Shown: positions 7,955-17,612 of the stretch, piece after piece
Layout of the letters: every line of letters starts with the position of its first letter
How positions within the stretch are numbered: the stretch's first letter is position 1
Notes under the pieces: generated by a model
Databases searched by the model: none
What the model was told of the DNA's origin: nothing
Seen by the model: the letters and a program-made list of their open reading frames with translations, nothing else
Translations under genes and position numbers: made by a program
IMG/VR virus record: IMGVR_UViG_3300030372_000592
Coordinates: 1 to 38,403 of that record
Source: a virus
Taxonomy: Duplodnaviria > Caudoviricetes
Length of the DNA stretch: 38,403 nucleotides
Reading direction: 5' to 3' (one strand)

Positions 7955-8839
7955 ATGGAAAACCAAACAACACAAGAGCAAAAAGGTAAAACTTACGAGG
8001 ATAAGTTAGCTGATGACCGAAAAGGTCTGGATATAGCAATGCCAGACGTGGAAGTGGTCAGTAAGGAGATTCCAGTTGATGAAAACATGGAAGCTCAAAG
8101 CGAAGGAACAGATAGAGTTCCTAGCGAAATTACAGCAGAAGGTAATGAAGAACAAATTGAGTATGCTACTGATTGGGAGAATGAAACTAAAAAGTTTCAA
8201 TCTATGTATGATAAGCAGAAATCTGAGTATGATTCATTGCAAAAGCAAGTTAACTCCTTAGAACCATTAAAACAGTTACAATCTGTTTTAGAATCAAGAC
8301 CTGATGTAGTTCAGGCGATTCAAGAGAAATTGGAAGGTAAGCCTGCTCAACAAAACAATGAGAGTTCATCTGCACCAGAAGGTATTGATGAAGCCTCTTT
8401 TGACCCTTGGGAAGCCTATTACAAGCCTGAATCACCGTCGTATAAATTACGAGTGGCTCAGGAAAAAGCTTTGGTTCAAGAAGCTGTTTCAGAACAGATG
8501 TCTGGAATCCAAAGTCAGGTTGCTATGCAAAATCTGAAAAATGAATTGAGACAAAATTACGGCATTACAGATGATAATGAAATGGAAGACTTTATTCAGT
8601 TTGCTACAAATCCAAGAGAACAACTACCTGTTGACTTTTTGATTAATGTATTTAGACAGTATAAGAATAAAGACAATCCACAACCAATAGATTCTGAAAA
8701 TTTAGAAGCTGTAAAAAATGTTCAGTCAATGCCCAAGTCTGCTGGAGTTCTCCAAGGTGGAGACCCACAGAAAAAAAGCGAATTAGATGTTTCTTGGGAT
8801 AGGATTTTAAAGGCAGGCAACGCTGGAAGATTACTCTAA
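7955..8839 (+). CDS. Capsid scaffolding protein
   Basis: Acidic N-terminus, coiled coil, located between portal and capsid. Confidence 0.8.
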   Translation: MENQTTQEQKGKTYEDKLADDRKGLDIAMPDVEVVSKEIPVDENMEAQSEGTDRVPSEITAEGNEEQIEYATDWENETKKFQSMYDKQKSEYDSLQKQVNSLEPLKQLQSVLESRPDVVQAIQEKLEGKPAQQNNESSSAPEGIDEASFDPWEAYYKPESPSYKLRVAQEKALVQEAVSEQMSGIQSQVAMQNLKNELRQNYGITDDNEMEDFIQFATNPREQLPVDFLINVFRQYKNKDNPQPIDSENLEAVKNVQSMPKSAGVLQGGDPQKKSELDVSWDRILKAGNAGRLL

Positions 8840-8861
8840 AATAAACTAACGGAGAAATAAA

Positions 8862-10265
8862 ATGTCTGTTACACAAGGAATAAAACTCTCTAGTGACATC
8901 ACAGCAGCCGCTACTAGTGCTGGTGTGGGACAAGCTCCTGATAGAAGACGGTTATACGATTTTAGTGATAGAGTTGCTGAACTAGCTCCCGAAGAATCAC
9001 CTTTTTTTGTATACCTAAATCAGGTTGCTAAAACACCAACGGATGACTCTGTCTTCCGCTATCTAGAGAATAGGTCAAAAATTAATATGACCACTAGGAA
9101 TTTCTTACTAGCCGCTGCCGTAAATGGCGGTTCAGCTGTTTCTGCTGGAAGTGCTTACACTTTCACAGTTGATGCTGATACAGCTACTGGCGGTGTTAGC
9201 TCTGGTGGAGCTTCAGTTGACTTTTTAATTAAAGGTATGGTATTTGTTGTTAATACAACTACTGGCGCTGAAACATCAGGATACGCTCAAACAATGGTAA
9301 GAATAGAAAGTGCACCTACTGATAGTGGTACAAGCACTACATTTAGTGGTAAAATTATTGACGTATCAAACTCAAATGTTTCTGGTTATAACGTTCTAGC
9401 TGATAATGACGTATGTCAAGTTATCGGTACCGCATTCGGAGAAGGAACTGCTTCACCAGATACATTTTCAACTGAAATCGAAGATGACTTTGGATACACT
9501 CAAATCTTTAAAACATCTTGCGAACTTTCAAACACAGCTATTGCAACACGTTATCGTGGTTATGCAAATGAATTTGAAAGAATTTGGGCAACCAAACTTC
9601 GTGAGCATAAAGTAGATATTGAGCGTGCTATGTTATTTGGACAAAAAGCTCGTGTTGGCGGAGTTCAATATACTGAAGGTCTAGTAGGTCACATTGTAAA
9701 AAATGCAAACCCAACAACCGATGATAGCGCATTTTCATATTCATCTGGAACACCTTACTATCGTAGTGTAGCTCAATCTGAGTTAACATATGATAGACTG
9801 CTTTCTGACTTAGAAGTTATATTTGACCCAGCTCGTGGTGGTTCATCTGACAGATTAGTCTTAGCTTCATTACCTGTAATCACCTTCTTTAACAAGCTAG
9901 GTGATGGTGCATTTATGGATGCTTCTATGGGTTCTGCTTCTAATATGGTTAATCGCTATAACTTTGAAGAAAGAGAAGGTGCTTTTGGTCATAAGATTAT
10001 GACTATTGATACCGTTCACGGAACAATGCACTTAGTCAAAGAACCATTATTTAGAGGTCTGTCCTCTGGATTTATGTTAATGGCTGATATGAGCAAACTA
10101 CAATACCGCCCATTAGTTGGAAACGGTCTAAACAGAGATACTCATATTATCACTAACGTACAGAATTCAGATGAAGACTTACGTAAGGATATGGTTATAA
10201 CCGAAGCTGGTCTTGAAGTAACACTTCCTGAGTGTCATGCACTCTACGAAGTAGAATCAGCTTAA
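8862..10265 (+). CDS. Major capsid protein (DUF5309-like, HK97 fold)
   Basis: PEESPF, YTQIFKT, REHKVDIERAMLFG, TEAGLEV motifs; SD GGAGA; position. Confidence 0.9.
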   Translation: MSVTQGIKLSSDITAAATSAGVGQAPDRRRLYDFSDRVAELAPEESPFFVYLNQVAKTPTDDSVFRYLENRSKINMTTRNFLLAAAVNGGSAVSAGSAYTFTVDADTATGGVSSGGASVDFLIKGMVFVVNTTTGAETSGYAQTMVRIESAPTDSGTSTTFSGKIIDVSNSNVSGYNVLADNDVCQVIGTAFGEGTASPDTFSTEIEDDFGYTQIFKTSCELSNTAIATRYRGYANEFERIWATKLREHKVDIERAMLFGQKARVGGVQYTEGLVGHIVKNANPTTDDSAFSYSSGTPYYRSVAQSELTYDRLLSDLEVIFDPARGGSSDRLVLASLPVITFFNKLGDGAFMDASMGSASNMVNRYNFEEREGAFGHKIMTIDTVHGTMHLVKEPLFRGLSSGFMLMADMSKLQYRPLVGNGLNRDTHIITNVQNSDEDLRKDMVITEAGLEVTLPECHALYEVESA

Positions 10266-10276
10266 GGAGGTTTTAA

Positions 10277-10738
10277 ATGTATACTAATTATCTAAACTCA
10301 AATAGTGGTATAGCTGGACACGCTTTAAAAATCAAAAAAGTAACTGCTAGCTCAACTTTAACTGCAAATGATAGCGGAGCTATTGTTTTAGTTAATCCAG
10401 CAGCAGCTACTGATGTTACTTTACCAACCCTAGCAAATGCTGGTGTTGGTTGGTACTGTAAGATTGTACTAACAGAAGATACTGATGGTTCAGACCAAGG
10501 TATGGCTGCTAAAGTTAATATTGATTTTGGTTCTGGCAATGACGTAGTAGGTATGATTTCAGACGAAGTAGACGGAGCTGCTGGTGATTATGCTGTAAAT
10601 AATGATGACTTCATTAACTGCAGTGCTAATTCAAGCCCTGGCGACTTTATAGACATCTTTACAGATGGTGAAAGATGGTACGCTTATGGCGTAGCTAAAG
10701 ATGCAACTGAGATGGTATTTAATACTGCCGCTGCTTAA
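10277..10738 (+). CDS. Putative capsid decoration / minor virion protein
   Basis: Strong SD AAGGAGG directly after MCP; TLTANDSG..VTLP..G and TDG.RWY beta-rich pattern. Confidence 0.6.
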   Translation: MYTNYLNSNSGIAGHALKIKKVTASSTLTANDSGAIVLVNPAAATDVTLPTLANAGVGWYCKIVLTEDTDGSDQGMAAKVNIDFGSGNDVVGMISDEVDGAAGDYAVNNDDFINCSANSSPGDFIDIFTDGERWYAYGVAKDATEMVFNTAAA

Positions 10739-10740
10739 TA

Positions 10741-10814
10741 AATCCGAATAAATAAGGATTGACAGTTTTGGATACTGTGGGGCTATTCGTAAAAAGGTTT
10801 AGCCCCAAACATCC
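10741..10814 (+). ncRNA. Candidate structured cis-RNA (three hairpins plus possible pseudoknot)
   Basis: AATCC/GGATT, ACAGT/ACTGT, GGGGCTA/TAGCCCC; loop GGAT (10770-10773) complementary to ATCC (10811-10814). Confidence 0.5.
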
Positions 10815-10842
10815 TAATAATTTTTAAATATAAGGAAAAGAA

Positions 10843-11052
10843 ATGGCTGATTATAATTCATCAAATACAGATGTAAAAGTTTTTGTCCACGCTGCTAAGC
10901 CTGGAACTAAATCTAATTCTGCTGGAGATTTATCTAAAGATGTCTATGATTACATTGTTAGTTTAGATTCAACAAACAATGCAATTATATCAATTTCACA
11001 TTGCCCTATGCACGGTGAAAGAGTAATGACAATGGTAGTCTCTGGTTCGTAA
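10843..11052 (+). CDS. Small hypothetical virion-module protein
   Basis: SD AAGGA; TAATG coupling to next gene. Confidence 0.75.
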   Translation: MADYNSSNTDVKVFVHAAKPGTKSNSAGDLSKDVYDYIVSLDSTNNAIISISHCPMHGERVMTMVVSGS

Positions 11053-11258
11053 TGAACTGTCAACATTGTAATAAGCCAAATAAAGAAAATTGGTTCTATT
11101 GCAGAGCATGTGGAAAGAGAGCATCAGCTCCAAAGTTTACCACAAACTCTTGGATGAGAACTGACAGAGGAATGAGAACTGACGTAGAATTTAATACTAT
11201 TGGGATGGAAGAGAGTGTTAATAAAATGAGAAACCAAGCTTGGGGTATGGATGAGTAA
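11052..11258 (+). CDS. Zinc-ribbon protein
   Basis: CQHC...CRAC. Confidence 0.75.
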   Translation: MNCQHCNKPNKENWFYCRACGKRASAPKFTTNSWMRTDRGMRTDVEFNTIGMEESVNKMRNQAWGMDE

Positions 11259-11418
11259 GTTTGGCAAAGGTTTAAAAACTGTTTCTAGTGCAAGCTGTAC
11301 TGGAGGAAAGGAAAGCGATATGCCTTATCATACAGGTAGTAAAAAAAATGGCGGTAAAAAGATGAAGAAGAAAAAAACTGCTAAGAAAAAAAGTTCTAGA
11401 AAAGGAATGAGATACTAA
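11251..11418 (+). CDS. Lys-rich 55 aa peptide (not in ORF track; alternative start 11320)
   Basis: MSKFGKGLKT...MPYHTGSKKNGGKKMKKKKTAKKKSSRKGMRY fills the gap to 11422. Confidence 0.65.
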   Translation: MSKFGKGLKTVSSASCTGGKESDMPYHTGSKKNGGKKMKKKKTAKKKSSRKGMRY

Positions 11419-11421
11419 TAA

Positions 11422-12696
11422 ATGGCAACTTTTGAAGCACAAGTAGAAGGATTAACTAGTCTGTCTATAGATGGCAGTAGTGCACCTACACAAACTGAGC
11501 TAACTCAGTTTTTAACAGATGGTGCAAAAGAAATACTTACGTCTTTACCAGACTCAAAGAAAAGATTATTTACCACTTCTAACGAATTAAATGGTAGCTC
11601 TACTAATTATACTGTTGCTGGCTCTGAAGTATTTGCAGTTACGAGAGATGATGGAACTATAAATCAACCATGTCGTGCTGTACCAGCCGAATTACAAGGC
11701 AGGGTTAGAGATTCTGATGATATGATGGCAGCAACTACAACAGACCCTGTTTACTATATTGCTAACAATCTTTTATCTGTAGTGCCAGAACCATCTAATT
11801 CACAAAACGCTCATGTTCAAGCACTAGCTTATCCAGCTGTTGCTTTTGGAGATAGTGCTATAGCTAAATTTCCAGATGAAGCTGAATATTTAGTTCCAGT
11901 ATATGCTGCAATAAAATCATTACAAAATGCACTAGCGGCAAAATCTGGTAACACAGATATTACTACAGCTTTAACTGCTATAAATACTGAAATAGATGAA
12001 ACTCTTACTATTGCAGACAGTGCTGCTACTGAGATAGGATTAGCAAATGCAGAGATAGATAAAGCTACAGCTGAAGTTGCATTAGCTAACACAGAAGTAG
12101 ATTTAATGAACGCAGAAGTTGATTTATCCAACGCAGAATTAGATGAGGCTTTAGTATTAGTAGACTCAGGTATAGATACAGCTACAGCTGCAATAGCTAC
12201 AGCAGCGGGTAGGGTTAACACTGCTGTCGCCCTAGCTAATGTACAATTTGATAGTGCGGTGACAGCTAATACGGCAGAAGATGTGGAACTAGCATCATCT
12301 CACGTAAACGCTGGAAATGGGTTTTTAAGTGAAGCTCAAGGTAGCTTGGGAGAAGCTTCAGGGTATGTAAACGAAGTATCAGCCAGAGTGAATCAAGTGC
12401 AGGCACAGATATCAGTAGCTCAAGGATTTTTGGGAACTGCTGGAGGCTATGGGAATGTAGCTCAAGGATATCTAGGTACTGCTTCTGCATTTATTAACAC
12501 AGCACAAGGTTTTATAGGAACTGCTAATGCTTACCTTTCGCAAATACAATCAAAGTTAAATATCGCACAAGCTTATAGCAATGAAGCTCAAGCTAGGCTT
12601 AGTGTATTAAGTACAGAGTATTCTTGGATGGAAAAGCAACAAGCAAAATTACAAGCTGATTATGATAAAGGTATACAAATAGTGAGGGGTGGATAA
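11422..12696 (+). CDS. Virion neck/adaptor-like protein with long Ala-rich helical repeat region
   Basis: Globular N-terminus (DPVYY, P.P, FPDEAEYLV) followed by 7/14-residue repeats. Confidence 0.6.
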   Translation: MATFEAQVEGLTSLSIDGSSAPTQTELTQFLTDGAKEILTSLPDSKKRLFTTSNELNGSSTNYTVAGSEVFAVTRDDGTINQPCRAVPAELQGRVRDSDDMMAATTTDPVYYIANNLLSVVPEPSNSQNAHVQALAYPAVAFGDSAIAKFPDEAEYLVPVYAAIKSLQNALAAKSGNTDITTALTAINTEIDETLTIADSAATEIGLANAEIDKATAEVALANTEVDLMNAEVDLSNAELDEALVLVDSGIDTATAAIATAAGRVNTAVALANVQFDSAVTANTAEDVELASSHVNAGNGFLSEAQGSLGEASGYVNEVSARVNQVQAQISVAQGFLGTAGGYGNVAQGYLGTASAFINTAQGFIGTANAYLSQIQSKLNIAQAYSNEAQARLSVLSTEYSWMEKQQAKLQADYDKGIQIVRGG

Positions 12697-12968
12697 TGGC
12701 ATTAACTAGCGTAGCTTTAAACTCTTCACCAAGTTGGACTGCTGTTACTTTAAATAGCTCTCCATCTTTTACTCAGGTTGCTTTAAATACATCTCCTTCT
12801 TGGACTGGTGTTGCTTTGAACACATCACCGTCTTGGACTGGTTTTACTTTACCAACATCTGTAACTTTTATAGTTCCAGGTTCTTGGAATGATATGACTG
12901 TAAATAACTGGGAAGATGAAACGAGAACATGGAAACAAATAGGGTTGCTAGGAAAGGATTCTGACTAA
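12696..12968 (+). CDS. Small repeat protein (TxV(A/T)LNxSPS(W/F) x4 plus Trp-rich C-terminus)
   Basis: 33-bp tandem repeats; TAATG coupling on both sides. Confidence 0.8.
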   Translation: MALTSVALNSSPSWTAVTLNSSPSFTQVALNTSPSWTGVALNTSPSWTGFTLPTSVTFIVPGSWNDMTVNNWEDETRTWKQIGLLGKDSD

Positions 12969-13276
12969 TGGCAGTACACAGCTTAACAGTTAAAAAAATT
13001 ATATCTAGAGTAAGGCAAGCTTTTCCAACTGCACCAGAGAATTACATTATGAACTTAATAAATGAAGGTTTGGTTGAACTAGGTAAGTATAATACTAAAA
13101 TAGAATACGCTAAACTTACTACAGTTGCAGACCAACAATGGTACACATTGAGTGATACTAATGCTGGAGTGGAGATAAATAAAGTTTATAGGTGTGACTT
13201 TATGGATTCAAAGGGTGATTACGTAAAGATACCTAGATTATTAAATAATGAAATACAAACGATGGATATAGACTAA
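12968..13276 (+). CDS. Putative head-tail adaptor-like protein
   Basis: IISRVR..LINEG..EL..TVADQQWYTL pattern resembles adaptor N-termini; position. Confidence 0.55.
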   Translation: MAVHSLTVKKIISRVRQAFPTAPENYIMNLINEGLVELGKYNTKIEYAKLTTVADQQWYTLSDTNAGVEINKVYRCDFMDSKGDYVKIPRLLNNEIQTMDID

Positions 13277-13707
13277 TGGCAAGTAGTTATAACAACCCAG
13301 AAGATTTTATTGCTTGGTTTATTACTGGAGACCATTTAGCAATAGTAACAACGGATGGTTCTGATAATGATACCATCCATCAAAGATTAGGTGATTATAA
13401 ACCTATCAATGAAGCAGTAACGAATGGTGTGTTAATACATTATTCTGGAGAGCCTAATGCTGTAACAGAAATTACAGATACTCCAGACATAGATAATAGT
13501 ATGCACTCATCATTAATAGATTATGTAAAATTTAGATTATACCAAGATAAAGCTGGAATATCTATAGATGGAAATGCATCTGCTGTAGCAATGAGCATGG
13601 CAAGGTCGCACGAAGGAAAATGGAATGAAGCTATTAGAAAATATGGTATGAAAAAACGGGATAAGACTGGCGCCCCAAGAAGAATTATGCCAGCAGATTT
13701 AAGATAG
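13276..13707 (+). CDS. Putative head-tail adaptor-like protein (C-terminal type)
   Basis: LIHY..P..TDTPDIDNSMHSSLIDYVK pattern; TAATG coupling. Confidence 0.55.
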   Translation: MASSYNNPEDFIAWFITGDHLAIVTTDGSDNDTIHQRLGDYKPINEAVTNGVLIHYSGEPNAVTEITDTPDIDNSMHSSLIDYVKFRLYQDKAGISIDGNASAVAMSMARSHEGKWNEAIRKYGMKKRDKTGAPRRIMPADLR

Positions 13708-13742
13708 CCCTAGAGGCGGTGGCGGAGGATTAGGAGTATATT

Positions 13743-14930
13743 ATGGCTTTTCCAAAATATCAAAGTAAAGAAGTATTAAACAAAGTTTTAAACTCAGGCG
13801 AAGATGCGTTAAAAGTAGATATAGATAACGTAACTCTTAAGACCGAAGGGTCTGATATAACTGTAGAAGTGCATACTGATAAAGCCGAAGACAGTATGTT
13901 AATTTTTGCTAATACGAACAAAGCTGGTAGTGGTACTAGTTATGTTCCTTTAGTAGATAGTGATGGGCATTTACAAGTAGATGCTATGTCGTCTGCTTTA
14001 CCAAGTGGAGCGGCAACAGCAGCAAATCAATCTACTATCATTGGTCATGTTGATGGTTTAGAAACTTTAATTACATCTAGCAATACTAAGCTAGATACAT
14101 TAGAAACTACATTAACAGCTATTGAAACTGATGCAGCAGCTATTGAAGTATTGTTAACTGCGGCTAATGTAGACCACGCAGCAAACGAAGCTTTACTTAC
14201 TACGATAGATGCAGATACAGGAGCAATTAAAACAGCTGTAGAAACTATTGATAATGCTATTGACGGAAGTCAAATGCAAGTAGATGTAGTTGCTATTTCA
14301 GCTCAATCAGATGGAACCTATATAGGTGATATTAAATTTGGAGAATCTTTACCAGCTGGTTCAAATGCGATTGGTAAGCTAGCAGCTAATAGTGGCGTAG
14401 ATATTGGCGATGTAGATGTAACGAGTTTACCAGCTTCTACTAATACTATTGAGGTTGTAGGAGATGCGGCTGAAGATGCAGCTGTAGCAGGAAATCCTTT
14501 ACTTGCAGGTGGTAGATATGACGCTACTCAAAGAACTTTAGACGATGGAGATGCTGGAGCTTTAGCAATAGACCCAAGTGGTGCTTTATACACAAGGGAA
14601 TATACAGGTCAAGACGGTGCTGTTTACACAACAGCTAGCTCTGATGCCATAAAACCCCCAACAGGTAAAGCGTTTGTAGCTGTTCAGATGTTAGAAGATA
14701 CTACATTTGACAGTACTGGTGGTCTTATTTCGGTAACTGCAACAAAATGGTTTAATACCGCAGACGCTGCTGGTGACTTAGCAGATGGTTCCGAAAGCAC
14801 CGCTGAAGGTTCAGGTGGTAAACAAATTAGTAACTCCGTTACATTTCCACAGGGAATGACTGTTTTTGGTAGGTGGAATGAAATAGATGTTAATAGCGGT
14901 TCAGTTATAGCTTATATAGGTGATTTTTAA
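13743..14930 (+). CDS. Virion structural / fibre-like protein
   Basis: SD AGGAG; acidic Ala/Gly/Thr-rich with coiled-coil segment; AIGKLAANSGVDIGDVDV motif. Confidence 0.65.
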   Translation: MAFPKYQSKEVLNKVLNSGEDALKVDIDNVTLKTEGSDITVEVHTDKAEDSMLIFANTNKAGSGTSYVPLVDSDGHLQVDAMSSALPSGAATAANQSTIIGHVDGLETLITSSNTKLDTLETTLTAIETDAAAIEVLLTAANVDHAANEALLTTIDADTGAIKTAVETIDNAIDGSQMQVDVVAISAQSDGTYIGDIKFGESLPAGSNAIGKLAANSGVDIGDVDVTSLPASTNTIEVVGDAAEDAAVAGNPLLAGGRYDATQRTLDDGDAGALAIDPSGALYTREYTGQDGAVYTTASSDAIKPPTGKAFVAVQMLEDTTFDSTGGLISVTATKWFNTADAAGDLADGSESTAEGSGGKQISNSVTFPQGMTVFGRWNEIDVNSGSVIAYIGDF

Positions 14931-15061
14931 TGATAGCTCTAAGTAACGCATTGCACAATGTAGCTATACAAACAGCTCGTCTTGCAAGAGATATGTGGAA
15001 CTCTACAAATCTTAATGACGTATGGGAAAATGAACAACGTAATTGGGATGATATAATATGA
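14930..15061 (+). CDS. 43 aa Trp-motif peptide (not in ORF track)
   Basis: MIALSNALHNVAIQTARLARDMWNSTNLNDVWENEQRNWDDII; TAATG coupling; C-terminus resembles that of 12696-12968. Confidence 0.7.
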   Translation: MIALSNALHNVAIQTARLARDMWNSTNLNDVWENEQRNWDDII

Positions 15062-15086
15062 AAAATTTTAATACAGGAAAATTATT

Positions 15087-16892
15087 ATGGCAACATTAGC
15101 AGGAAATACAATAGCGAGTACGTATCCGCTATTATTAAAAGTAGACTCAAATGGACTTGATGGTACATTAAGAGCTATACAAGATGGAGATGCTACTGAT
15201 AGTGTTTTATATTTAGCTACAGACAGTGCATTAATAAGTGGTAATGGAACTAAACTTTACTTTTTTGATGCTGATGGTGGTGAGCATATATCAGCTGATA
15301 ATGCTGGAAACCTTACAATAGCAGCTGGAGCTGATACAAGTGATTTAATAACACTAGACTCAACTGGTTCAATCGTTTTAAATGCTGATGGTGGACAAGT
15401 ACAATTCCATGATGGTTCTGATGAAATTGGTGTCTTTGAAAATAGTAGTTCTAATTTTGTTATAGAATCAAAAGTACAAGATAAAGATATTATCTTTAAA
15501 GGTAATGATGGTGGTTCAGGTATAACTGCTATGACTATTGATATGGATGTAGGTGGTACGATAGGCGTTGGAACCACAAGCCCCACTGGCAATGTGGAAA
15601 TTTCAGGTGCTAATGGTGCGCAGTTAGATTTAAGTAGTGTAAAAACTTCTATTGGTGGTACTGACCCTTTAGGTACTATAAGATTTAGAAGCCATGATTC
15701 TGACAATAGTGGTGTTCTTGGTCAAATTTCAACCACTATATTTAAAGCAAATCCAACTCATACAACAAATATTGATGGTACAGATGGTGAACATACTGAA
15801 ATGATATTTAAACTTGGTGATGATGTTGGTAGTGGTATTTCAGCTAATATGAAAGAAACTCTTAGATTAAGAGGTGATGCAGGAAATTTTGCAGCGAGCA
15901 TTGATGCACATGGTGCTTATGGATTAAGTATTGATTCACAAGGTTCTACATCAAGCCATGATGCTTTTAATATTACCAATGCTTCTGATTCTGCAATACA
16001 TACAATGTATGGGGATGGTTCTTATAGAACTACTGGTGGTGTAAGATTACAAGGAAGTGCGTTATCAACTGGTGATACTGGTATATCCTCAAGTGGTAGT
16101 GGTGGTAATTTGAGAATGTTTCATAATGGTACACAATTAGCAACTTTAAGTCAATATGGTCTTGGTATAAATTGTAATAATGCTGGAGAAGTAACAACAA
16201 GTGGTACATCTCAAAGATATTTAGCTGTTGATGGTGGTAGTGGTGGTGGTGTAGTTGCATTAAGAACTTCAACAAATGCTGATGATACATTTATGGGGGC
16301 TGTTGATTGGGTAAATGCCGCTAATGGTGATAGTTCTACAAATAATGCGGCTGGAAGATTATCAGCGGCGATAAGAGCATATACAGATACGGATGATAGT
16401 AACGCAAGTGATGATTCTGGTGCTCACATGCTATTTTACACAAAGCCAATGGCTGGAAGTTTAACTTTAAGATTTTCAATAAACGCAGAAGGATTTTTAA
16501 CTTCTTATGGGAGTTTTCTCCCAGCCTCTAACAATTCTTACAACTTAGGTTCAGCAAGTCTTAGATGGTCAGTATTATATACAAGCAACTCTGTAAATGT
16601 GTCAGATGAAACGCTAAAAACAGATATACAAGATTGTGATTTAGGAATTGATTTTGTTAATACATTAAAACCTAAATCTTTTAAGATGAAAGACTTAGAA
16701 GAAGAGCATGATGATTACGATAAAAAGCATTATGGATTAATAGCTCAAGACCTAAAAGATGGAAAGTTTAAGGATTCAGTTTATGGTGATAAAGACGGTG
16801 AATATGGTTTAGCCTACAATGATTTAATTGCACCGCTAATAAAAGCAGTACAAGAATTGTCAGCAAAAGTAGAAGCGTTAGAAAATGCGTAA
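15087..16892 (+). CDS. Tail fibre / receptor-binding protein with C-terminal intramolecular chaperone (peptidase S74)
   Basis: IGVGTTSP, YNLGSASLRW, SDETLKTDI autocleavage motif, GLIAQD, LIKAVQELSAKVEALE. Confidence 0.9.
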   Translation: MATLAGNTIASTYPLLLKVDSNGLDGTLRAIQDGDATDSVLYLATDSALISGNGTKLYFFDADGGEHISADNAGNLTIAAGADTSDLITLDSTGSIVLNADGGQVQFHDGSDEIGVFENSSSNFVIESKVQDKDIIFKGNDGGSGITAMTIDMDVGGTIGVGTTSPTGNVEISGANGAQLDLSSVKTSIGGTDPLGTIRFRSHDSDNSGVLGQISTTIFKANPTHTTNIDGTDGEHTEMIFKLGDDVGSGISANMKETLRLRGDAGNFAASIDAHGAYGLSIDSQGSTSSHDAFNITNASDSAIHTMYGDGSYRTTGGVRLQGSALSTGDTGISSSGSGGNLRMFHNGTQLATLSQYGLGINCNNAGEVTTSGTSQRYLAVDGGSGGGVVALRTSTNADDTFMGAVDWVNAANGDSSTNNAAGRLSAAIRAYTDTDDSNASDDSGAHMLFYTKPMAGSLTLRFSINAEGFLTSYGSFLPASNNSYNLGSASLRWSVLYTSNSVNVSDETLKTDIQDCDLGIDFVNTLKPKSFKMKDLEEEHDDYDKKHYGLIAQDLKDGKFKDSVYGDKDGEYGLAYNDLIAPLIKAVQELSAKVEALENA

Positions 16893-16920
16893 AAAATTAA
16901 ATATAACATGGAGTTAAAAA

Positions 16921-17259
16921 ATGGCAGCTAAATGGTCAATAAGAGAAGTAGAATACGAGATTTCAAAAGATAGTAAATCAAACGTAGTTACATCCGTTCA
17001 TTGGAACTCTACTGATTCAAAAGAAGTAACAAAAGACGGTGAAAAAGTAACATATTATGGTGGAATTTATGATGTTACTGGTTTAGATACATCTGACTTA
17101 TCAAGTTTTGTAGAATATGACAAGCTTGATGAAGATACAGTTGTTGGTTGGGTAAAAGCAAAACTTGGAGATGATAAAGTAAAATCAATAGAAGATGGAA
17201 TTGCAAGTCAAATAGATAAACAAGAAAATCCAACTCAAGGAAAAGGAAAGCCTTGGTAA
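16921..17259 (+). CDS. Tail-fibre-associated small protein
   Basis: VTSVHW, FVEYDKL.E..V.GWVK, C-terminal PW; directly follows the fibre; SD GGAG. Confidence 0.65.
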   Translation: MAAKWSIREVEYEISKDSKSNVVTSVHWNSTDSKEVTKDGEKVTYYGGIYDVTGLDTSDLSSFVEYDKLDEDTVVGWVKAKLGDDKVKSIEDGIASQIDKQENPTQGKGKPW

Positions 17260-17612
17260 AAAAGATACTATATACGACAATCTTAGTCCTATTAACGCCT
17301 TTATTTGCTCAGTTAACTGATACTGATAAAGAAATTACTAGACAAGAACAAAGAGATAGAAGAGCAAATTCTATTAGTGCGTATAGAGATACTCTTTATT
17401 ACAGGGGTTATTCTCGACCTGTTAATAAAGAAGTTTATATTGCTGATAAAATACAGCAAAGAAAAGAAAAAAGAGTAAATGCGAGAAAATGGATACTAAT
17501 TGGAGGAGTTGCAATAGTTTCTTATTACGTTGGATATACTCAAAATAAATATAATAAAAAAAGAAAATTTTCTAAAGGAAAAGTAGGTGATAAAAATTAT
17601 GGAAGATACTAA
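17253..17612 (+). CDS. Membrane protein with signal peptide and second TM segment
   Basis: N-terminal hydrophobic leader; WILIGGVAIVSYYVGY then basic tail. Confidence 0.6.
   Translation: MVKKILYTTILVLLTPLFAQLTDTDKEITRQEQRDRRANSISAYRDTLYYRGYSRPVNKEVYIADKIQQRKEKRVNARKWILIGGVAIVSYYVGYTQNKYNKKRKFSKGKVGDKNYGRY

Noticed and set aside
10759-10787. Perfect TTGACA as a promoter
   Set aside because: No acceptable -10 at 16-18 nt; the bases belong to predicted RNA stems
12705-12845. 33-bp tandem repeats as a CRISPR or non-coding array
   Set aside because: In-frame coding repeats with synonymous variation and no spacers
15087-16892. Diversity-generating retroelement target
   Set aside because: No reverse transcriptase and no template/variable repeat pair seen
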